DNA from: a virus | Lineage: Duplodnaviria > Caudoviricetes | IMG/VR virus record: IMGVR_UViG_3300020576_005620 | Span: 32,001-96,000 of that record | Direction: 5' to 3' (one strand) | DNA: 64,000 nucleotides | Notes under the pieces: model-generated | The model's database searches: none | What the model was told of the DNA's origin: nothing | What the model saw: the letters and a program-made list of their open reading frames with translations, nothing else | Shown here: positions 1 through 8,363 of the stretch, in pieces | Position numbering within the stretch: position 1 is the stretch's first letter | How the letters are laid out: each line of letters opens with the position of its first letter | Position numbers and translations under genes: made by a program

Positions 1-184
1 GAAGAAATCAACAGAAGAGGAGGAAGAATCACAATGACTTTTTCTGTAAACTTGGTAATTTTCTTGATATTAGCTATCTGTATTGTTTTAACTATTAAAG
101 TAGTTAGAATTTTAATCTCTAATTCAGAATTATCACCACCTATTGACGACCAAGAACTTCTATTAAACGAAAAAGATTACTCAA

Positions 185-1252
185 ATGAAAGATACGAAAA
201 TTACAAATAAAAAGATCTTAGATCTTTTGTTTTTAGACCCAATTAACGCTGATAAATTTCTGAATCAAAATACTGATGCTGTGCTAATTACACAGAACGG
301 TTATAAGGTACTATCTACACAGGCCTCTCATAGAAATCCTCCAACAGGATTTGCTGCTTCTATTCCAAATGAACTTGGAACTAATTGGCAGGTTCTAGCT
401 GAACATGGTGGAAGGTTTTCTCTGCATTCTGGTGTTAAGTGCCCAAATGTACGCAGGGCATTTTTAGAAACTTTGGGCTGTGTATACGAACCCATAACAC
501 TTACTGCTATTCAAGAAGTGGCAAATAATTTGCTTAGTGAGTCTAGAGTAATTGCATCTATTGTTTCTAAGCCTATTACACAAGAATATCTCTCAGAAAA
601 AGAACTTAGGGAATTAAAAGAATTCCAGATGTCCCTGTTCAATGTTCCTCATATACATCCAATTAACAAGGAAAAGGCTCTTAAAGTTCTTGAACAAAGC
701 ACAAATGAAGATTTAATAAATTCTTTAGGCAGGTTTTTCAAAGAAAATGGAGTAACTGTTATAGCTCCAGAAGTATATGAGAATAATCCATTCTTTACCC
801 AAAAAGCTATATGCGACGGGGGCTACTCACAACTTAGGGAAGCTTATCTTATAGTTAAGTTTAATCTTTTTGATGGAGATAAGCAGCTAGACGATACTTT
901 TTACGCTGTAGTATACCACAAAGGTAGGCCAAATATTTCTTTTGCCTATTACGATGCAGAAAGGGAACTTCTCCTACCTAAGGGAGAATTTCAAGTTAAT
1001 AATGTTTGTACAGCTATTAAGAGTATTCTTCATTATGCAGAGAACGGAGATTTTAAATTACCTATAGTAGATGTAACAGTGCAGACTTTTCTGAATCCTA
1101 TTATTGGTTTTAAACAAAATACTCCACAATTCACATCCTTCTCTGGCGGTGTAACTGAAGCACAACTAGCTGCGTCTCTAAACCCAATACCATCTTCACA
1201 AGTCAAATATCTTTCTTTGAAACTTGAAAAAGAGAACATTTCCTTTCCATGA
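185..1252 (+). CDS. hypothetical protein
   Basis: 355-aa ORF, coupled (ATGA overlap) to thyX; no motif recognised. Confidence 0.75.
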   Translation: MKDTKITNKKILDLLFLDPINADKFLNQNTDAVLITQNGYKVLSTQASHRNPPTGFAASIPNELGTNWQVLAEHGGRFSLHSGVKCPNVRRAFLETLGCVYEPITLTAIQEVANNLLSESRVIASIVSKPITQEYLSEKELRELKEFQMSLFNVPHIHPINKEKALKVLEQSTNEDLINSLGRFFKENGVTVIAPEVYENNPFFTQKAICDGGYSQLREAYLIVKFNLFDGDKQLDDTFYAVVYHKGRPNISFAYYDAERELLLPKGEFQVNNVCTAIKSILHYAENGDFKLPIVDVTVQTFLNPIIGFKQNTPQFTSFSGGVTEAQLAASLNPIPSSQVKYLSLKLEKENISFP

Positions 1253-2052
1253 TTAGCTTTACTTCAAAACCAGAAGTCGAATATATCCAGCATGTGGGCA
1301 ATGATTTAACTTTTGCTAGAGCAGCATGGGTGAGTACAAATCAAGATGGTTTAATTCCTCCATGTACTTGTAATAGAGTTATTCATGAAGAGGAATGTGC
1401 TGTTACAAAGTTCGAAAAGAAGTATGCCGGTGTTATCAATTTCTTAATGAAACATCGGCATGGATCTCCTTTTGAACATGCTTCTCTTACTATAAGAGTT
1501 AAAGCCTCTTTATTTCTTTTTAGGGAATGGCACAGGCATAGAGTAGGATTCAGCTATAACGAACTTTCTGCTAGATATACAGTTCTGCCTCCTGAGTTTT
1601 ATATACCGTCTAGTGATAGACCTATGTTTAAACCAGATAAATGGAAACCATCTGCTCCTACATTCTTAACACTCGATGATCTTTTAGAAATTGATCCTAC
1701 TGGAAAACTTCACAAAGAAAAAGAACAATCATTTGAGGAATGGGTTGAAGAATGTTGTATATTCTATCAGAAATCTTACGAACTATATGAAAGAGGTCTT
1801 GATATGGGTCTTGATCCAGGTCTTGCAAGAATGGTAAATCCAGTTGGGATGCAGACAGTATGTTGGGTTACTTGTAATCCAAGATCTATTATGCATTTCT
1901 TATCTCTCAGAACCCACGATGAAGATGCATCATTTGTTTCGTATCCATTGTATGAAATCAATGAAGCTGCCAACATGTTGGAAGATCTATTTAAGGAACT
2001 TTGGCCAGATACTCACAAAGCTTTTTGTGATAATGGCAGAGTTTCACCGTAG
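1249..2052 (+). CDS. thyX: FAD-dependent thymidylate synthase ThyX
   Basis: HGSPFEH and RHRVGFSYNELSARY (RHRx7S) ThyX signatures. Confidence 0.97.
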   Translation: MISFTSKPEVEYIQHVGNDLTFARAAWVSTNQDGLIPPCTCNRVIHEEECAVTKFEKKYAGVINFLMKHRHGSPFEHASLTIRVKASLFLFREWHRHRVGFSYNELSARYTVLPPEFYIPSSDRPMFKPDKWKPSAPTFLTLDDLLEIDPTGKLHKEKEQSFEEWVEECCIFYQKSYELYERGLDMGLDPGLARMVNPVGMQTVCWVTCNPRSIMHFLSLRTHDEDASFVSYPLYEINEAANMLEDLFKELWPDTHKAFCDNGRVSP

Positions 2053-2064
2053 TTGGGGATAAAA

Positions 2065-2211
2065 ATGTACAAATGTCCTAATTGTGGTCAATCATTCAAT
2101 TTAGCGGACACAGATACCTGCTATTGCAGTGAGTGTCAAGAACTAATTAGTGTTACTGAATGTTGTGAAAAACTCATTCAGTACCCCGAAAAATCCAAAA
2201 TTATACACTAA
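2065..2211 (+). CDS. small Cys-rich Zn-ribbon protein (48 aa, not in ORF track)
   Basis: MYKCPNCG...CYCSEC fills the gap between thyX and the NAMPT-like gene. Confidence 0.6.
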   Translation: MYKCPNCGQSFNLADTDTCYCSECQELISVTECCEKLIQYPEKSKIIH

Positions 2212-2215
2212 TCAC

Positions 2216-3763
2216 ATGAATTACTTTACATCCCCTTTTGAAAGAGAAGACTTCTACAAACTGAGTCATATTCTATTCTACACTGGTATCTCTGGGACTT
2301 ATGCTACATATACCCCAAGAGTATCAAGAAGACCAGGTATTGACAAAATGGTTGTGTTTGGTCTACAAGCTTTTATTGTAGATCTTCAAGAATCTTTTCA
2401 AACTCAATTCTTTAATCTTACTAAGGAAGAAGCTCTTTCTAGGTTTATTCAATTCAATGAAGAAACAGGTAGAGTTGTAGATGAAAGATTTACAACAGCT
2501 CTTGAAAAACTTCACGATCTTGGATATCTTCCAATTAAGATAAAGGCTTTAAAAGAGGGGACGCTAATTCCGCACAATCTTCCTATGTCTACTATTCAGT
2601 CAACACATACGGATCATTTGTGGGTAGCACAGTGGGTAGAAACATGGATGTCTACGGAAACATGGAGAATGTGTACATCAGCTACCACAGCTTACTATTA
2701 CAGAAAAATTCTTAATGAATATAGGGAAGCAACATCAGAAATTGATTGGTTAGGTGACTGGCAGTGTCATGACTTCTCTGCACGAGGTATGGCTGGTTGG
2801 GATGATGCAAGTATGTCAGGAGCAGGTCACTGCCTCTTCTTTACTGGAAGTGACACTTGTTCAGTTGTTCCTTTTGTAAGAAAGTTTTACCCCGGTAATA
2901 ATGGACTAGTTTTAAGTTCAGTTCCTGCAACAGAGCACTCTATACAGCAGTCATTTATGGCTATGCATAAAAATATCACAACTGCAGAATCTGACCTTAT
3001 GTACACGAAGAATACTTTAGAAAAGGTTCCTACTGGTGTTGTTTCTCAAGTATCTGATGGATACGATTACTACAGATTCTTAAGAGAGACTCTTCCTGCA
3101 GTCAAGGATATGATCATGGCTAGAGATGGCAAGTTTGTGATCAGGCCTGATTCTTCTCCTAAGACTCCATATGAAATTCTGTTAGGTGATCCTGATGCCC
3201 CTGAGGGCTCTATCGAAAGAATGGGTACTATTCCTTATCTTGCAGAGCTGTTTGGAACAAGTCTTAACAAGAAGGGGTATAAAGTACTTGATCCCCATAT
3301 CGGAGTTATCTATGGTGAGGCTATTACTCTCCTTCTTTGGAAGAAGATTCTACAGGGTCTAAAGGATCTTGGCTTCTCTTCTGATAACATTGTAGTAGGT
3401 GTGGGTTCTGCCAGCTATACAGGCTATGGTGGTGGAATTGAAGAAAGAGATACTTATCAGCCTTATGGTATTTCAAGAGACACCCACGGTCTTGCGATTA
3501 AGGAAACAGGTGTTCTTATTGAACAAGAGGACGAACTAAATTGGGAACCAACTTACAAAGATCCTGTAACAGATACAAGTGGTAAGAAATCTCACTTTGG
3601 TTTAGTACAGATTTTGGAAGAGGATGGGGAGTTCATTGTCAAGCAAGATGTCACCCCTGAAGAAGAAGCTTCTGGCTTGCTAGAAACTATCTTTGAAGAC
3701 AGCAAGATTACAAGAATGCAGTCTTATGCTGAAGTTCGAGAAATTGCAAAGAGTTACTTATGA
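2216..3763 (+). CDS. nadV: nicotinamide phosphoribosyltransferase-like (Namat/NAMPT)
   Basis: DFYKLSH, HDFSARG, VPATEHS, SDGYD, VIRPDS, KDPVTD..KKS motifs; ATG at 2216 preferred over GTG at 2150. Confidence 0.93.
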   Translation: MNYFTSPFEREDFYKLSHILFYTGISGTYATYTPRVSRRPGIDKMVVFGLQAFIVDLQESFQTQFFNLTKEEALSRFIQFNEETGRVVDERFTTALEKLHDLGYLPIKIKALKEGTLIPHNLPMSTIQSTHTDHLWVAQWVETWMSTETWRMCTSATTAYYYRKILNEYREATSEIDWLGDWQCHDFSARGMAGWDDASMSGAGHCLFFTGSDTCSVVPFVRKFYPGNNGLVLSSVPATEHSIQQSFMAMHKNITTAESDLMYTKNTLEKVPTGVVSQVSDGYDYYRFLRETLPAVKDMIMARDGKFVIRPDSSPKTPYEILLGDPDAPEGSIERMGTIPYLAELFGTSLNKKGYKVLDPHIGVIYGEAITLLLWKKILQGLKDLGFSSDNIVVGVGSASYTGYGGGIEERDTYQPYGISRDTHGLAIKETGVLIEQEDELNWEPTYKDPVTDTSGKKSHFGLVQILEEDGEFIVKQDVTPEEEASGLLETIFEDSKITRMQSYAEVREIAKSYL

Positions 3764-4638
3764 ACGAAAAATTAACTAACCTCTGTAACGATCAAATCAG
3801 GATAAAAACAAAAAGACTAAATCCTTTAGATTCAGTAAGAGTTAGATTTGGTGTCTATAGGTTCCCTGATGGGCAACTACAGGTTATATTCCATAAGAAT
3901 GATATTGATCAAGTTTTAACTAATCATTTATTCATTGAAGCTTCCTGCTATACTCCAGAACTTCTTCACATTTTAGAGCAAATTTTGTTTCTTTTAACAA
4001 AAAAAGGCTGTACTATGTCCATAAAAGTTCAATATCTTTACGGAGCTAGGTCTGATAAAGATGAATCAGAAGAGTTTTATACTTGTAATGTTTCAGAATT
4101 AGCTATTGAAACTATCGGAAATTACTCAAAATATGGTTTTAACTACTTAGCACCGCACTGTGCTATGCACAGTGACAATACAGATTTCTCCCTACCTGAA
4201 GCTATGGATATGTCTAAGTACAATTGTATTTTGTTTCCTGACAAAAGCGCAAATTTAAGGTACAAGAAAACTACTGATGTTTTCAACTATCCTTATATCA
4301 TTGCATCAAAAAGAAGGGATCAAGATTCTGGAAAAATTGTATCCTATGAAGTACCTGAACTAAGTCCCCCTCATAACCGAGTTTTAGTTATTGATGATCT
4401 TTGTGATTACGGTACGACTTTCAAGCTTCTTGCGGAAAATCTTGGTGATAATGTAAAGAAGGATCTTTTCATTCATCATGGTGTGTTCACAGAAAATGCT
4501 CCATCAAGATTGTTAGAGCACTACGAGAACATTCATGTCACTAACTCTCTTCCATTTCCAGAAATGTGGAAGCAGCAACTCTCTCAAGAGCAAAAAGACA
4601 GACTTCATATACATAATGTCTGGATAATAGAAAAATAA
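3760..4638 (+). CDS. prs: ribose-phosphate pyrophosphokinase-like (Adps/Prs)
   Basis: FPDGQ, YLYGARSD, FPDKSA, VIDDLCDYGTTF PRTase loop, HGVF, VTNS. Confidence 0.9.
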   Translation: MNEKLTNLCNDQIRIKTKRLNPLDSVRVRFGVYRFPDGQLQVIFHKNDIDQVLTNHLFIEASCYTPELLHILEQILFLLTKKGCTMSIKVQYLYGARSDKDESEEFYTCNVSELAIETIGNYSKYGFNYLAPHCAMHSDNTDFSLPEAMDMSKYNCILFPDKSANLRYKKTTDVFNYPYIIASKRRDQDSGKIVSYEVPELSPPHNRVLVIDDLCDYGTTFKLLAENLGDNVKKDLFIHHGVFTENAPSRLLEHYENIHVTNSLPFPEMWKQQLSQEQKDRLHIHNVWIIEK

Positions 4639-5021
4639 TGAAACTAACTTCATTCCAAATTGCATTCTTAATTCACCAGGTAACATCTCAGATACCTAGA
4701 CCAGATGGTTCTAAAGTATCTCCATGGGCTGCTTTACCTGAAAGTGCAAAACAGAATGCAGCGAATGCAGTTAGAGAATTAATGCGCACTCCTCTTTCTT
4801 CCCCAAAAGAACATCATGATCTCTGGATGAGACCACTCCTAGAAGATGGTTGGACAAAGGGGGAGTATAGTGCTGAAAACAAAACCCATCCCTGTATTTG
4901 TAAGTATGAGGAACTAATCCCTTCAGAACAATTAAAAGATGAACTTTGGCAAACACTAATAGAAGTATTCAGAAAGTATTATAGTGAAGAAGAAAGTTCT
5001 AATCTTATTATAGGTATTTAG
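4638..5021 (+). CDS. RyR-domain protein
   Basis: HDLWM...GWTKG...KTHPCI..YEEL..EQLKD, the RyR repeat pattern. Confidence 0.8.
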   Translation: MKLTSFQIAFLIHQVTSQIPRPDGSKVSPWAALPESAKQNAANAVRELMRTPLSSPKEHHDLWMRPLLEDGWTKGEYSAENKTHPCICKYEELIPSEQLKDELWQTLIEVFRKYYSEEESSNLIIGI

Positions 5022-5022
5022 A

Positions 5023-5328
5023 ATGAAACTAAAGAAATTGTTCTGCAAGCATAAGTTTATTGTTAAAGAGGCTAAATTTGATTACGGGTATTCAATACCT
5101 GCAGTTTCTTCTTTAGGCTTAACGGAGTATGCATATTGTTATTCATATTCTACTGACCTCTACGCTGTTCCTAACACAATTATACATACGTACTTTAAAG
5201 TGAAAAAACCGTATGTTTATTTGTATGCAAAACAGTGTGTTCATTGTGGTAAGGTACTAGCTTGTGATGCCTTTGAAGCGCAACAGAAAGAAAGAGAAAA
5301 TGAGATTCTTAAGATAGAGGGATTCTAA
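5023..5328 (+). CDS. hypothetical protein (FCKH...CxxC)
   Basis: ORF with LFCKH N-terminus and CVHCGK. Confidence 0.7.
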   Translation: MKLKKLFCKHKFIVKEAKFDYGYSIPAVSSLGLTEYAYCYSYSTDLYAVPNTIIHTYFKVKKPYVYLYAKQCVHCGKVLACDAFEAQQKERENEILKIEGF

Positions 5329-5329
5329 G

Positions 5330-5339
5330 CTCTATTTGG
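5330..5339 (+). promoter_or_regulatory. CTCTATTTGG motif, candidate phage late promoter
   Basis: same 10-mer at five gene boundaries; here upstream of the tRNA island. Confidence 0.5.
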
Positions 5340-5500
5340 TATAACAAAATGAAAGAAGACGATATTGATGATCTTGATTCTCAGGAGTATTTAGATTCTT
5401 TAAAGAAGATTGAAGAGAAAGGTACTGAGAAGTTAAGTGAAGATATAAAAAAGCTTAATTAGGAATCTATTGAAAGATTTTCTAAGCTAAATAAGTTTAC

Positions 5501-5575
5501 ACGGCAATAAGTTAAGGATAAAGACTACCGGGGGCGCACCCGGCAAAGTAGTTTCGAGTACTACATGCCGTACCA
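5501..5575 (+). tRNA. atypical tRNA-like gene with 6-nt anticodon loop (GGCGCA)
   Basis: ACGGCA/TGCCGT acceptor, D stem AGTT/GACT, CCGGG/CCCGG stem, GTAGT-TTCGAGT-ACTAC T arm, encoded CCA. Confidence 0.75.
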
Positions 5576-5579
5576 ATTT

Positions 5580-5662
5580 GGGGATGTGATCCGAGTGGTA
5601 AGGAGCTAGACTGCAAATCTTGTGTGAAAACAACGAAGGTTCGATTCCTTCCATCCTCTCCA
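5580..5662 (+). tRNA. tRNA-Cys(GCA) with long variable arm
   Basis: cloverleaf, loop CTGCAAA, U73, CCA, variable region TGTGAAAACAAC. Confidence 0.92.
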
Positions 5663-5685
5663 ATTTCATCAGTTAAGAATCCAAT

Positions 5686-5775
5686 TTTGCAAAGAAAGGG
5701 TAATGAGCGGAGCAGAAACTCTCGTTATTACATCGCCTGTTGTCTGTAACTTCATATCAAGACAGCCTTTGCAAA
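5686..5775 (+). ncRNA. unknown structured RNA, copy 1
   Basis: TTTGCAAAG/CTTTGCAAA closing stem, two internal helices; near-identical copy at 8157-8250. Confidence 0.7.
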
Positions 5776-5783
5776 CAATTTAA

Positions 5784-5874
5784 GGATAGGTGGCCGAGAG
5801 GCTTAAGGCACTAGTCTTGAAAACTAGCGACCCCCTCAAGGGGTCCGTGGGTTCAAATCCCACTCTATCCTCCA
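5784..5874 (+). tRNA. tRNA-Ser(TGA)
   Basis: cloverleaf with long variable arm, loop CTTGAAA, CCA. Confidence 0.95.
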
Positions 5875-5893
5875 AAATAATAAAAGTGAACCA

Positions 5894-6481
5894 ATGTATA
5901 ACTACGGCTTTATAGTAGACTTAACTAATTACAATTGCGAATTAGATTTAGCTACTTTTGTCTTTGATTTAGAGGGTGATTTTGATTTTCTTGAACAAGA
6001 AGGTTATGAAGAAATTGAAGCATTGAAATCAAAATCAGTTTTTGTTTCTATTAGTTTTATAGATCAGATAACTAGTGATACTGGCTTTGCGGTACGAAAT
6101 GCTTTTTTGGAAAACTCTCCCTATGTTTTTGAGTGCGATGACTCTGGTATAACATTTTTTAAAGATGAAGACATGTCTAAGGTATTAGAAAGGCATATTG
6201 AAAAATTAAAAACTCTTGAAGGTACTATTGTTATTGAAAAGGGCCAACCCAAAGTTAGAACATTTGAGAAAGGTAAGCCTATGACTTTTCATCCAGCTAA
6301 TTTCTCTGTAAAGTTTTTATTTTTTGAAAAACCTTCTGATAATTTAATAGAATTTCTAAAAGAAAGGTGTAGAGAGTATTTTTATCAGCTAGCAATACTT
6401 TTCAGAAAAACTAATAGTGATCCTACACGAATAATTGGTTTTAGGGAAGAATTTACCACAAAAACCTACAAAGATATATAG
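5894..6481 (+). CDS. hypothetical protein
   Basis: 195-aa ORF between RNA genes. Confidence 0.75.
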   Translation: MYNYGFIVDLTNYNCELDLATFVFDLEGDFDFLEQEGYEEIEALKSKSVFVSISFIDQITSDTGFAVRNAFLENSPYVFECDDSGITFFKDEDMSKVLERHIEKLKTLEGTIVIEKGQPKVRTFEKGKPMTFHPANFSVKFLFFEKPSDNLIEFLKERCREYFYQLAILFRKTNSDPTRIIGFREEFTTKTYKDI

Positions 6482-6486
6482 CTTTA

Positions 6487-6611
6487 ACTAACCCATAAGC
6501 GGCTATAGGGTTAGTAGTCCAGCCTGAGCAATGTTCTACGAGGTGTTGACGATTCACCTGGCGTCACATTGATCTAGTAAATATGGTAGAATAAACCTAG
6601 ATAATCTCAGG
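6487..6611 (+). ncRNA. unknown structured RNA (hairpin + three-way junction with two potential pseudoknots)
   Basis: ACTAACCC/GGGTTAGT; CCTGAG/CTCAGG, CAATGT/ACATTG, AGGTG/CACCT, ATCTAG/CTAGAT; no long ORF. Confidence 0.55.
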
Positions 6612-6621
6612 ATCATAACAA

Positions 6622-6752
6622 TTTAGGTAATCCCCGGTAAACGGGAGAGGAAGTTTAGTAAGAATAGGTGATTTCCTTTCGGAAGTCTGACCACTGCGCC
6701 AGCCCTGCAGCCCTTGGATAAATTACTACACCGCATAATGGGATTACTTAAA
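6622..6752 (+). ncRNA. unknown structured RNA closed by a 13-bp terminal stem
   Basis: TTTAGGTAATCCC/GGGATTACTTAAA plus internal helices. Confidence 0.5.
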
Positions 6753-6757
6753 CAAAT

Positions 6758-6833
6758 GGCGGCAAATACAAAGGGTCGAGTGAGCAGTTTTTCAGGCTGT
6801 TATTAGCGGGTTCGAGCCCCGCTGCCGCTCCCA
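6758..6833 (+). tRNA. atypical tRNA with TTC (Glu) anticodon
   Basis: GGCGGCA/TGCCGCT acceptor, GCAGT-TTTTCAG-GCTGT, GCGGG-TTCGAGC-CCCGC, CCA; has A8, G1:U72, C73. Confidence 0.75.
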
Positions 6834-6967
6834 ATTTTAGAGAAATAAACTTATGGAAAATGTAGTATACTTACTAGCACTGGGATTGTTTATGTTTGTT
6901 ATGTTTAATGCAGACAAAATTTTAGACATTATCCACGATTCGGTAAGAAAAAAGAAATAAAGCTCGT

Positions 6968-7044
6968 GGTGGTTATAGCTCAATTGGCAGAGCATATGCT
7001 TGTGGTGCATACTGTTGTGGGTTCGAGTCCCACTAATCACCCCA
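6968..7044 (+). tRNA. tRNA-His(GTG)
   Basis: cloverleaf, encoded G-1:C73, loop TTGTGGT, CCA. Confidence 0.95.
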
Positions 7045-7051
7045 AAATTTA

Positions 7052-7522
7052 GTGAATACTATGACTATAAAAGAAACTATTGTAGGCTCTCATTGCTTTA
7101 CATTTAACAAAAAAGATAACGGTGGAGAAGCTTTATCTTTAAGATCTACTTTTTTCACTAATGGTGATCCAGGTATATTTTTAAGACAGGAATTATCTTT
7201 AAATTCTTATTGTAATACAGCTACCTTCCATATAAATTTTGAAATTACACCTGATATATTAAGAAATTTAGCTGATGAGTTGGAAGAGGCGATTAAGACT
7301 ACCCTTTCTGTTCAATCTACCAACTATACACATGAAACGTTAGTAGGATCAGTTTTTAAATCATCTAAATTTTCTCAAGATTATCAAGTCTGTTTTCTAG
7401 AAGAAGGCAGTCACTATTTATTAGCTAATTGTGTTACAGGAGTAGTGCCCGAAAACTTCATATTCGCTGATTTTGAAGATCTAGTTAAAGAGTTAAAAGG
7501 AAATTGGACACCTTGTGATTAG
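7052..7522 (+). CDS. hypothetical protein
   Basis: 156-aa ORF. Confidence 0.7.
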   Translation: MNTMTIKETIVGSHCFTFNKKDNGGEALSLRSTFFTNGDPGIFLRQELSLNSYCNTATFHINFEITPDILRNLADELEEAIKTTLSVQSTNYTHETLVGSVFKSSKFSQDYQVCFLEEGSHYLLANCVTGVVPENFIFADFEDLVKELKGNWTPCD

Positions 7523-7994
7523 TATGGATATAACAGAACTTGAAAGACAAAAAGAACAACTAGAAAAACAATTAGCTGAAATCAATCAAAAGCTTCAAAC
7601 AGATCCAGTTTTTCTTGAATCTTTCTTAAGTTTAGTGGATAAACTAGGTTTTGTTAAACATACTGAGCACAGTAAAAATTCATATAAATTGTTTTCTGAA
7701 GATAGAAGTGTAGTGTGTATTTTGGAAGCCGATTTAGAGAGAGATATATACACTTTTAGCTTTACAGAGATTGAAACTTGTGGCGGTATAAAATCTTATA
7801 CATTAATTTCAAAAGAAAAGTTACTTGACTATCTTAACACACCTTTAACTTTTACTCATTACGAAATTACTGTGAAAGAGAAGTATGAAGAATGGGAACC
7901 TGAAGAAGAGTTTCAAAATACTTTAAAAAACGCATCTAATAATGATGATGAGGAAATAGAAGTCATCAAAACGGTTACTTTCTTTAAAGAGTAA
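7515..7994 (+). CDS. hypothetical protein
   Basis: 159-aa ORF with N-terminal coiled coil. Confidence 0.7.
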   Translation: MISMDITELERQKEQLEKQLAEINQKLQTDPVFLESFLSLVDKLGFVKHTEHSKNSYKLFSEDRSVVCILEADLERDIYTFSFTEIETCGGIKSYTLISKEKLLDYLNTPLTFTHYEITVKEKYEEWEPEEEFQNTLKNASNNDDEEIEVIKTVTFFKE

Positions 7995-8004
7995 CATTTA
8001 CAAT

Positions 8005-8157
8005 TTCCTATGATCTCGAAAGAGAGTGAAATGGCTCATGCTATGGGTTTACTAGCATACTAAAAACCCTGCATTTTCTACCCTACGAGAACCTTTTGCC
8101 AAAGTTGGGTACAAGCATCCGTATGCAGGTTGATCTTGTAAATTTCTCTCATAGGAA
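8005..8157 (+). ncRNA. unknown structured RNA with two potential pseudoknots
   Basis: TTCCTATGA/TCATAGGAA closing stem; TCTC-GAAA-GAGA; ATGCTA/TAGCAT; TACCC/GGGTA; TACAAG/CTTGTA. Confidence 0.55.
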
Positions 8158-8250
8158 TAATTGCAAAGAAAGGGTAATGAGCGGGATAGCAAGCTCTCGT
8201 TATTTCCAACCTGTGTCTGTAACTTCATATCAAGACACCTTTGCAGTTAT
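8157..8250 (+). ncRNA. unknown structured RNA, copy 2
   Basis: paralog of 5686-5775 with stems preserved. Confidence 0.7.
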
Positions 8251-8252
8251 CT

Positions 8253-8328
8253 GGCCTTGTAGCATAGCGGTTAGTGCGCCATCCTGTCACGGTGGAGTGC
8301 GAGGGTTCGAATCCCTTCAAGGTCGCCA
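8253..8328 (+). tRNA. tRNA-Asp(GTC)
   Basis: cloverleaf, loop CTGTCAC, G73, CCA. Confidence 0.95.
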
Positions 8329-8363
8329 AGTTTTGATTCCCCTAAGTTAGTTGCCTTCTTATA

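Noticed and set aside
5700-5725. Hammerhead-like TAATGAG...GAAAC
   Set aside because: The CUGAUGA core is absent and GAAAC is not kept in the second copy
6630-6752. RNase P RNA (GAGAGGAAGT resembles CR-I)
   Set aside because: No matching P4 3' strand or CR-V, and the element is too short
6785-6800. UCA (Sec/opal suppressor) reading of the 6758 tRNA
   Set aside because: The symmetric stem centres TTC in a 7-nt loop, and there is no long variable arm
5487-8350. Track ORFs 5487-5669(-), 6837-7040(-), 8096-8350(+)
   Set aside because: They overlap tRNA or structured RNA genes and are most likely spurious
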